From an uncultured bacterium (GTDB taxonomy: Bacteria; UBA8481), in contig CAZCME010000009.1 of the NCBI GenBank assembly GCA_964499705.1, positions 64,001 through 128,000 of the forward strand: 64,000 nt of DNA, given 5' to 3'. Both the position numbers and the translations under genes were made by a program. The notes beneath the pieces are model-generated. The model ran no database searches. It had not been told where the DNA came from and saw nothing but the letters and a program-made list of their open reading frames with translations. How positions within the stretch are numbered: the stretch's first letter is position 1; every line of letters starts with the position of its first letter. Below, piece by piece: positions 50,826 to 58,815 of this stretch.

Positions 50826-51764
50826 TTGCGCTTCGCTTCCACACGAAGGGGCGAGACGCGTGCGCCATCACAATACTCTACGTGGCACTGCATACGTCTG
50901 CTTACATATTTGGTGATACTTGCCGTTTCCGCGGATGCGCGCGAAACGACGCACCGCGCCGATGGCGGCAGCATCGACGCTTTCACGGGTTTGCTCGGGT
51001 CGGGAGGCTGGATCGCTTCCGGACGATCCGTCACTCCGGATGCCATCGCCGATCTCTACGCGGGCCCTTCCGCGATTTCCGGCGCGGAGGGAACGACGCT
51101 CCTCACCTCCTACGGCGAACCCTATCGCCGGATCGACGGCTTCAACCTCGGATCCATTTCGCTCGTCACCGACAAATGGAAACTCGCTCGCATCGGCGTC
51201 TCGTATGACAGGCTCCAGATCGGAGGACTCCGAGAAGCGACCTCCGCCGGAGCACTGACCGGGCGGACATTCGACGTTTCGTATGATGCCGCACGGATTT
51301 CCGCGGCGAGGCGCTTCGGCCGGTTCGGTGCTGGCGCGTCGCTCAATTATTTCGGCGTCTCGATCCAGAATTCCTCCACATCACGTTTCGGTCTCGATCT
51401 CGGAGGCGACGTCGAGTTCGTCAATGCAAGGGTGCTTCTGAATGTTCGGAACATCTCCGGTGACCGCAACGACGCGGATCGACTGCCGATCACCGGCGAG
51501 ATCCGCGGCGAGTGGTCGCCGTACGCCCAGATGCATCTCGGCGTCGGAGGCACATGGCGAGAAGATGCCGTCGGCGAGTACAACGTCGGGATCCAGTACG
51601 ACATCTTCAAGATGATCTCGCTTCTTGCGGGATACCAGAGCGGACCGAAGGAATGGTCGGCAGGCGCAATCGGGCGATATCAGAAGATTAATTTGCAGTA
51701 TGCGATCTCTGCTCACCGCGAATTGGACTTCTCCCACACGATCTCGCTCGGAGTGAGCTTCTAA
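50826..51764 (+). CDS. divergent PorV/PorQ-like beta-barrel protein
   Basis: FGLDLGG, LNVRNI, LLAGY, LQYAISAHRELDFSHTISLGVSF C-terminus parallels the other PorV-like genes; start (TTG) uncertain. Confidence 0.65.
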   Translation: MRFASTRRGETRAPSQYSTWHCIRLLTYLVILAVSADARETTHRADGGSIDAFTGLLGSGGWIASGRSVTPDAIADLYAGPSAISGAEGTTLLTSYGEPYRRIDGFNLGSISLVTDKWKLARIGVSYDRLQIGGLREATSAGALTGRTFDVSYDAARISAARRFGRFGAGASLNYFGVSIQNSSTSRFGLDLGGDVEFVNARVLLNVRNISGDRNDADRLPITGEIRGEWSPYAQMHLGVGGTWREDAVGEYNVGIQYDIFKMISLLAGYQSGPKEWSAGAIGRYQKINLQYAISAHRELDFSHTISLGVSF

Positions 51765-54001
51765 TGAAGAAAACTCAATATTTAATATGTAATTTGAAAT
51801 ATGTAATTTGTAATGTGGTTACCCAATGCAAATTACAAATTACATATTTCAAATTACATATTAAATATTCTCTTTTCTTCGCTCTTCTCCTTCTCCGCCT
51901 CTCGCCTTCGTCCGCCGACGTCATCGACATCCGTGTCGACGAGTTCAAGTCGGATCGATCCGTCGCGATCACCGAGCTTTCGAACGGAAAGACCGTCGTT
52001 GGCATCCTCCGTCGCGAAATCGAGCGGACTATTTCCGCCGACACTGGGTTCGTGCTCTCGACGACCGCGAAGCTTTCGCTGAACGGGACGATCCGCGAGC
52101 TCACGATCACGGACCGGCGCGTCAACGCGCAAGGGTCGCCGCTGGAGCGACTGGTGAAGATACGCGTCGACTTCGCGGCGCTCGACGAGCTGACAGGGCG
52201 GGACGCGTCGGAACGGAACAACGTAATCGAGGAGCTGTCGTATTACACGGACACGTATTCGCTCGAGCAGGGCCTGACGGACAGGGAGGCGATAGAGGAG
52301 AAGTTGCTCATCGCGCTGGCGCGGCGAATCGTGAAGGAACTGAATGTCGACTACGCGAAACTGCCGACAACAGCCTCGGCGAAGATCGAATTGTCGCCCG
52401 AAGAGAAGAGCGAACTGGACGCGATCGGAGCGGTGCCCGCCGAAGGCGGCGAGACGAAGCCGCCGCACAAGTGGTTCTCGTGGAACCTCGGATTCGAGAA
52501 TGAGGCGATCACGGTCGTCGAGGGAACGTTGACGGCGGCAGGTCAGCCGAAGCGGACGACAAACAGGTTTTCGCAGAACACAACGTTGACGCTCGAGCCG
52601 ATCACGTGGGGAAACTCCGAGTTGAAAGGAGTGGCGATCTCGAAGTATCGACCGGAGGATCTGCGCGAGCTGACCCTGCAGAGAGGCGAACTCGAATACT
52701 CGATCAATCCGAACAACATCCTGAAGGCCGGAACTGTCACCGGATCGATCTCGAAATACATCTTCGACCAGACGCTGGCCGGGGCGACGTTCGAGCGGAA
52801 GATGGAGCTTGGGAAGACGAAGAACACGCTCTTTCTTATGGGCGGTCAGGATTTCCGCGCGGACGGTCTCGGCGACCTCCCGAGGGTCAACTACGGCGGA
52901 TTCTGGAAGACGGTCTTCGGCGAGTGGGGCGAGATCCAGATCTCGGCCGACGCGACCCGCGACAAGGAGACGTTCCTGAACACGTCCAATGTCCTGACAA
53001 ACGTCGACAATCGCCTCTTCGGCGCGATCGGGAAGCTGAAGACGCCGTTCCAGACGGAGATCACGGTCGACGTGAACCGATCCGAGCACAAAGAGCTGCG
53101 CGTGCCGGACACGACATTCGTCCGCGGCGACCTCCTCGACGCGAAGCTGACGCAGAAGATCAAGGATCTGACGTTCCGCGCCGAGTATTACAACGCGGAT
53201 CAACTTTTTCGAATAGTCTACGGCAGCGCGACGACGGACCGCGAGAAGTCGATGGCGGCGGTCGAACTCCCGGGCAAGTTCCTCTGGCTCGACTACACCG
53301 TGAAAGGCGACTGGACACGGACGAACAAGATCGCGGCGCGGACGCTTGTCGAGCAGCTCGGAACGGCGGGGCTGTCGCTTTCGTCCAAGCCGTTCGCGGA
53401 ATCGAGCAACTGGTTCCTGAAGAATCTTGCGTTCACCGACGACCTTTCTCTGCGCCGCACCTATGACGATGTTGTCGTTGCGGGGACGGCGCCGGGATCC
53501 AATCGTCAGAATTACAAGGTGACGTCGGGGGTCTCGAATACGCTCTGGGAGATCTGGAAGATCTCGGCGAGCTTCGACGTGGAGCGGGAGAAAGACCGCC
53601 TATTGAACACGCTACTGCAGACCGAGGAGTGGAAAGTCGAGAACACGCTGACGAAGAGCTTCTTCGATGACTGGCTGAAGGCCGAGCTGAAGGCGAACTA
53701 CCGCGCGAAGGATGGAGGAACGCAGCAGGATCGGTTCTCGACGTTCGGTGGAACTCTGTCGCACGAAGGGGAGAGGCTTTCTGCGCGGTTCGATTATCTC
53801 CGGGATCTGAAGCGCGGAACCGTGAAGGCGCAGAACACGACGAAGGATCGGTTCACGCTGGATCTGGGATATTCGAGCGAAAACGGACCGTTCAAGAACA
53901 CGATCTCGGTGCGGAGCGATTACGAGATCAACCAGTTCGACGCGAAGGCGAGCGACTATGACCGGTTGACGACGACGATCGGGCTGAAGGTGATCTTCTG
54001 A
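51764..54001 (+). CDS. secreted / outer-membrane protein, probable large beta-barrel, with a palindrome-encoded insert in its signal peptide
   Basis: TAATG coupling to upstream gene; h-region SLFFALLLLRLSPSSA; alternating beta-strand pattern and terminal aromatic (..TTIGLKVIF). Confidence 0.75.
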   Translation: MKKTQYLICNLKYVICNVVTQCKLQITYFKLHIKYSLFFALLLLRLSPSSADVIDIRVDEFKSDRSVAITELSNGKTVVGILRREIERTISADTGFVLSTTAKLSLNGTIRELTITDRRVNAQGSPLERLVKIRVDFAALDELTGRDASERNNVIEELSYYTDTYSLEQGLTDREAIEEKLLIALARRIVKELNVDYAKLPTTASAKIELSPEEKSELDAIGAVPAEGGETKPPHKWFSWNLGFENEAITVVEGTLTAAGQPKRTTNRFSQNTTLTLEPITWGNSELKGVAISKYRPEDLRELTLQRGELEYSINPNNILKAGTVTGSISKYIFDQTLAGATFERKMELGKTKNTLFLMGGQDFRADGLGDLPRVNYGGFWKTVFGEWGEIQISADATRDKETFLNTSNVLTNVDNRLFGAIGKLKTPFQTEITVDVNRSEHKELRVPDTTFVRGDLLDAKLTQKIKDLTFRAEYYNADQLFRIVYGSATTDREKSMAAVELPGKFLWLDYTVKGDWTRTNKIAARTLVEQLGTAGLSLSSKPFAESSNWFLKNLAFTDDLSLRRTYDDVVVAGTAPGSNRQNYKVTSGVSNTLWEIWKISASFDVEREKDRLLNTLLQTEEWKVENTLTKSFFDDWLKAELKANYRAKDGGTQQDRFSTFGGTLSHEGERLSARFDYLRDLKRGTVKAQNTTKDRFTLDLGYSSENGPFKNTISVRSDYEINQFDAKASDYDRLTTTIGLKVIF
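51777..51869. mobile_element. AT-rich 7-mer palindromic element, copy 1 (empty)
   Basis: Perfect 38-bp inverted repeat 51777-51814 / 51832-51869 with a 17-nt loop; 93 nt = 31 codons, in frame in the host N-terminus; mobility is inferred. Confidence 0.85.
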
Positions 54002-57000
54002 TGGAGCGAAGAGAATTTGTAATATGTAATTTGAAATATGAAATTTGTAATTTGTTGCGCGGCGGAGCATCAAAATTACAAATTACAAATTACAAATTAC
54101 ATATTAAATATTCTCTTTTCCTTCTCGCCTTCTTCATATTCGCTTCGCCGTCGCCTGCGTTCGCGGCCGACTTTTATGTGAATGATACGTCAACGGTCGG
54201 AGATTCGTTCTCATCTGCGGTCGGATCGGATGCGGGCACGGGCGCGAAAGCGTCGCCATTTCTCCGGATCGACTCCGCGATCGCGGCGGCGGCGGTCGGC
54301 GACACGATTCTGATCGACGCCGGGACATATTACGAGGGCGACACGATCACCATCACAAAGAATTCCCTGACGTTCGTCGGCGTCGATTCGACGCTGACGA
54401 TCATCGACTTTCTCTCGACATTATTCAGCGAGAATCGATGTTGGTTCGCGAGCGGGCGGCAGAACATCGAAATACGAAACCTCCGGCTTACGAACGGCCA
54501 CCGCGGCATCGAATGGAGTTCGACGGATACCGGAATGATTCGCGGAGTCCAGTTCGACGCGTTCCAGCATGGAATCCAGCTGACGTCGTGCAGGAATATC
54601 ACGATGAGAAATAATCGGAATTCCGGATTGTCGGGCCAAGGATATCGTCTGCTGACATCAAGCGGAAACTCGATTCTGTACAATCTCGTGGAAAACAACG
54701 TCGGCCGAGGTATCAACCTCAATGGTTCGGATACGAATATTGTGGTCGGAAATATCGTCCGTAGTCTGACGGCGTCGGGCATTGCGCTGGAAGCTTCCAG
54801 CACCAACAATCTCGTCAGCAACAATGTCAGTAAGGACATCGGATCCGGCGGCGCCTGCTTTTTCGTCACTTCGTCGAGCAACAATACGTTGGCGCAGAAC
54901 ACGGCCGATTCTGCGTCCGCAGGCTACTGCTTCGACATCGCCGGCACGTCGTCGGGCAACATGTTTCGCAGAAATGTTGTCCTGCCGTCGCCGGCGCGGC
55001 CGGACTCGGGTGTCCGCAACAGCACGGTGAACCAGGTCGACTTCGCGCGAAACTGGTTTGCGCGCGTGGACTCGGTGACCATTGGACAGATGATCGTTAA
55101 TACCGGTGGCGCCGGAGTCACGTACATCCCTTTCCGCCTCGGGATCGTTGATACCGCTGTCGGAGCGGACTCGATCGCGCCTCGCGCGCCGGATACCGTT
55201 TCGGTCTCGACGGTGGGCGATACGCGACGGGTCACTTGGGCCGCGTCCACGCTCGACGAGGAAGGCGGAGCGCAGACGGGCCTTGCGGGGTACAAGATCT
55301 ATCGCGCCGTGGCGGCCGACTCCAGCTTCTGGACGCTTATGGGGCAGGTCGGCGCGGGCACCTTGACGTTCAACGACTCATCCGTCGCCGCGACGGACAC
55401 GCGCTATTATCGCGTCACGGCGATCGACACGGCGACGGCATATCCGAACGAAGCCTTCTTCTCTGACTCCGTGGCGGCCAGCGTTGCCGTTGTCGCCAAT
55501 GTCGAGACGCCGCGGATTCGATTCCTCGCGACGACGCCGATCGACACGCGTTCCGCGTCGTTTTCGATCCGCGTCTCGATCGACAGCGCGACATCGGGCG
55601 ACTCGGTCCGGCTCTCCGTGAACGGTGTGCAGATTGAGACGCAGATGATGACTGCCGCCGCCGAGACGCGAACGTTCACCTTTGTCTGCGGAACGTATTT
55701 GAACACCGGCGTCATCTTCATCACGCGCCAGTCGACAGGCGACACCTTCGCGGATTCGAACCTCGTTCGCCTCGACACCGTTCCGCCGTCCGGTTCATCG
55801 ATCTCGATCTCCGACACGATCGCGTCGCGGCCGACGTTCCGGTGGACGGCCGCGACCGACTCAAACACGATTACTGCGTACAAGCTCATACTTCGATCCC
55901 TCGCGGACTCTTCCGTACTTCAAGCCTTCGACACTACCGCGCTCCAAGCCACGTGCACAACGCCTCTCGCGGTCGGCTTGTACCGCGTCGATCTCTCCTG
56001 CACGGACGCGGTCGGAAACACGAATTCGAATATGGATTCGAGGTCGTTCAATATTGTTCCGGACACGTCGCGCGTGCGAATCCAGGCGACGACGCCGGTT
56101 GATACGAGAGCGGCGACCTTCGCTCTGCGCGCCGCGATCGACAGCGCAGTCGCGGGAGACACGGTCCGGCTCATTGTCAACAATGCGGTGATTGAAACGC
56201 AGATCATGACCGGGACGAACGAGACGAGAACGTTCACGGTTCTCGGCTTGATCGTGTTGAACGACACGATTGCCGTTCAGGTGACGCGCCATGTCGGCGG
56301 CGCGGCGTTCTCGGATTCGATACTTGTTCGGCTCGATACAGCCGGTCCCGCCGGCTCGGTTCTTGCGATCTCCGACACCATTCGTACGACGCCGACCATT
56401 CGGTGGACTGCTGCGACTGACTCGAACGCCGTGAGCGGCTATCGTCTGACGCTCCGGTCCTTGGCGGACTCATCTGTACTACTTGTCTTCGACACGACGG
56501 CGCTACAGGCATCCTGCACCGTCGCGCTCGCTGTTGGCCTGTACCGCGCTGACCTTGCCTGCACCGATGGGCTGGGGAATACGAATTCGAACATCGACTC
56601 CCGTTCCTTCAGCGTCCTGCCCGATACGTCGCGAGTCCGGATCCAGGCGACGTCGCCTCTGGACACGAACGTCACGACATTCGCCTTTCGCGCGGCGATT
56701 GACTCGGCCGTTGCGGGCGACACAGTGCGACTCATCGTCAACAACGTGAACATCGAGACGCAGATCATGACCGGGACGAACGAGACGCGGACGTTCACTG
56801 TGGTCGGACTGATCGTCTATAACGACACCGTCGCGATCCAGGTGACGCGCCACATCGGCGGTTCCTCCTTCTCCGATTCGCTTCTCGTCCGCCTCGACAC
56901 GGTTCCGCCGACCGGATCGGTCATTGCGATCTCCGACACCTCCGCGCGCCTTCCGAGGATTCCGTGGTCGGCCGCGACGGATTCCGCCGGCGTTGCGCGA

Positions 57001-58815
57001 TACCGTCTTACGATCCGGTCGCTCTCGGACTCCGCGACGTTTCTCTCATACGAGACGACCGGCATCTCGGCGCTTGTCGACTCGGCGCTCGTCCTCGCCG
57101 TCTACCGCGCCGATCTCATCTGCACCGACGTCCTCGGAAACGTGAGCGGCGTCATCGACTCGAAGGTCTTCACGGTGACGGCCGACACGCCGACGTCGTT
57201 CACGTTGACCGACACGCAGACCTACATCGTCTCGAAGAACTCCTTCGCCGCCGACTCGTCGCACTTCATTGTGAAGGACACGAACGGAACGGGCGTCCCG
57301 AACTATCTCCCCGTCATCGCGATCGTCGCGCGTCCGGCCGGAGCGACGGGGGAAACGTATTCCGCCACGAAGACCGACTCGAACGGCCGATGCACAGTCA
57401 TCCTCAAGGCGGGCGACAAGGCCGGCGTCTATATCCTGAAGGTTGCCGTCCCCGGTGTCGGGACGATCTACCTCGCCTACGCGACGGACGAATACGACCT
57501 GCCGGCGACGACGTGGCGGATGATCACGCCGAACCGGACGCCGACGAACTCTGCAACCTCGTCCGCCATCTCGCTTTCGCCGCTCCGGATTCTCCAGTGG
57601 AATCCGCTCGCGGAAAACTCCGCGCTAAATCTCCTCTACGAGATTCCCTCGACCATCACGACCGGAAGAGGTTACTTCGTCTACCACACGTCCGCGGTGA
57701 GCTTCACCGTCTCCGGCACGATGCTCACCACCGACACGACGGACATCGCCCTGAAGACAGGTTGGAACATGATTGGGCCGCCCTACGCGTACCCGACGCG
57801 ATACAACGCCGCGCGCGTCCTCACGTCGGGCGGCTCCAATATTTCGCTCTCCGACGCCGAGGCGCAGGGGATACTCGTCAACAAGATCTACTGGTACACG
57901 AACAACGCCTACCAGTTCGGTCCGACCACGGCGATCACCGACCCGATTCTCTCGCCGTGGAACGGCGTCTGGATCTATGCCGCCGCGAACGCGACGCTCC
58001 GACTCTCGCCGTTCTTCTACTTTGGCGAGACGTCGACAACGACACTCGCGACGGCTCAGGCCGCGGGAGACCCGCAGGACTGGAAGATCAGGATCACGAC
58101 CTCGACGTCGGGCGGCGCGCAGACAACGAGCTTCCTCGGCGTCTCTCCGACGGCGACGGAGAACAAGGACTTCGCGCTCGATCTAGAGAATCCGCCTCCT
58201 GTTTCCGGCGGCATGGCGACGGGGCTCGGATCATCCGGTCTCTTCGCGCAGGATCTCCGCGCGCCGTTCACGACGGCGAACCTCTGGCAATTCGCCGTGA
58301 CGCCTACGGCGTCCGACACCGAGGTCACACTCGACTTCGCGGATCTGGCGAATCTTCCGACCGATTTCGTCGTGCGCCTTGTGGATTTGGGGACGAACGC
58401 TATCGTCGACGTGAAGGCCGCGCCGTCGTATCGCTATTCCGCTTCGGGCGCATCGGCGCGGAGTTTCCGGATCGCGGCGGGCACGGAGGCCGCCGTCCGA
58501 TCCATTCTCGCGCAACAGCTCGATCAGTCGCAGACGTTTGCCTACCCCAATCCCGGACCTGCGGCGGATGGGAATGTGCGGTTCAAATACAACGTCCCGG
58601 CGGGAGGGCAGTTGCGCATTCGCGTTTACGATTTGTCGGGGCGTCGGGTCATCGACCGGTATATCGATCTCAATACGTTCCCGACGGAATACGCGTGGAA
58701 CTGCCGGAACGAGCGTGGAGAACCGGTTTCGACGGGCGTGTATATCTACATTCTCGATATCGGCAACTCGACCGGGAATCGGCGATTCACGGACAAGATG
58801 GCGATTGTTCGATGA
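54001..58815 (+). CDS. large (1604 aa) secreted protein: beta-helix + Fn3 module, 3 internal repeats, C-terminal T9SS/FlgD-like domain
   Basis: TGATG coupling; FYVNDTSTVGDSFSSAVG module shared with the 39629 gene; C-terminus AYPNP..IRVYDLSGRRV..WNCRNERGEPVSTGVYIY..KMAIVR. Confidence 0.9.
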   Translation: MERREFVICNLKYEICNLLRGGASKLQITNYKLHIKYSLFLLAFFIFASPSPAFAADFYVNDTSTVGDSFSSAVGSDAGTGAKASPFLRIDSAIAAAAVGDTILIDAGTYYEGDTITITKNSLTFVGVDSTLTIIDFLSTLFSENRCWFASGRQNIEIRNLRLTNGHRGIEWSSTDTGMIRGVQFDAFQHGIQLTSCRNITMRNNRNSGLSGQGYRLLTSSGNSILYNLVENNVGRGINLNGSDTNIVVGNIVRSLTASGIALEASSTNNLVSNNVSKDIGSGGACFFVTSSSNNTLAQNTADSASAGYCFDIAGTSSGNMFRRNVVLPSPARPDSGVRNSTVNQVDFARNWFARVDSVTIGQMIVNTGGAGVTYIPFRLGIVDTAVGADSIAPRAPDTVSVSTVGDTRRVTWAASTLDEEGGAQTGLAGYKIYRAVAADSSFWTLMGQVGAGTLTFNDSSVAATDTRYYRVTAIDTATAYPNEAFFSDSVAASVAVVANVETPRIRFLATTPIDTRSASFSIRVSIDSATSGDSVRLSVNGVQIETQMMTAAAETRTFTFVCGTYLNTGVIFITRQSTGDTFADSNLVRLDTVPPSGSSISISDTIASRPTFRWTAATDSNTITAYKLILRSLADSSVLQAFDTTALQATCTTPLAVGLYRVDLSCTDAVGNTNSNMDSRSFNIVPDTSRVRIQATTPVDTRAATFALRAAIDSAVAGDTVRLIVNNAVIETQIMTGTNETRTFTVLGLIVLNDTIAVQVTRHVGGAAFSDSILVRLDTAGPAGSVLAISDTIRTTPTIRWTAATDSNAVSGYRLTLRSLADSSVLLVFDTTALQASCTVALAVGLYRADLACTDGLGNTNSNIDSRSFSVLPDTSRVRIQATSPLDTNVTTFAFRAAIDSAVAGDTVRLIVNNVNIETQIMTGTNETRTFTVVGLIVYNDTVAIQVTRHIGGSSFSDSLLVRLDTVPPTGSVIAISDTSARLPRIPWSAATDSAGVARYRLTIRSLSDSATFLSYETTGISALVDSALVLAVYRADLICTDVLGNVSGVIDSKVFTVTADTPTSFTLTDTQTYIVSKNSFAADSSHFIVKDTNGTGVPNYLPVIAIVARPAGATGETYSATKTDSNGRCTVILKAGDKAGVYILKVAVPGVGTIYLAYATDEYDLPATTWRMITPNRTPTNSATSSAISLSPLRILQWNPLAENSALNLLYEIPSTITTGRGYFVYHTSAVSFTVSGTMLTTDTTDIALKTGWNMIGPPYAYPTRYNAARVLTSGGSNISLSDAEAQGILVNKIYWYTNNAYQFGPTTAITDPILSPWNGVWIYAAANATLRLSPFFYFGETSTTTLATAQAAGDPQDWKIRITTSTSGGAQTTSFLGVSPTATENKDFALDLENPPPVSGGMATGLGSSGLFAQDLRAPFTTANLWQFAVTPTASDTEVTLDFADLANLPTDFVVRLVDLGTNAIVDVKAAPSYRYSASGASARSFRIAAGTEAAVRSILAQQLDQSQTFAYPNPGPAADGNVRFKYNVPAGGQLRIRVYDLSGRRVIDRYIDLNTFPTEYAWNCRNERGEPVSTGVYIYILDIGNSTGNRRFTDKMAIVR
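54009..54117. mobile_element. AT-rich 7-mer palindromic element, copy 2 (empty)
   Basis: 45-bp inverted repeat 54009-54053 / 54073-54117 with 5 mismatches and a 19-nt loop; in frame in the host N-terminus; mobility is inferred. Confidence 0.85.

Noticed and set aside
51777-54117. Rho-independent terminators
   Set aside because: Stems are very long, AT-rich and inside coding N-termini of coupled genes, unlike GC-rich stem plus U-tract terminators
56964-58811. 5' part of the 1223-aa ORF in the track (56964-60635)
   Set aside because: Out-of-frame shadow of the 1604-aa gene with Arg-rich nonsense composition; the plausible start is the coupled ATG at 58812
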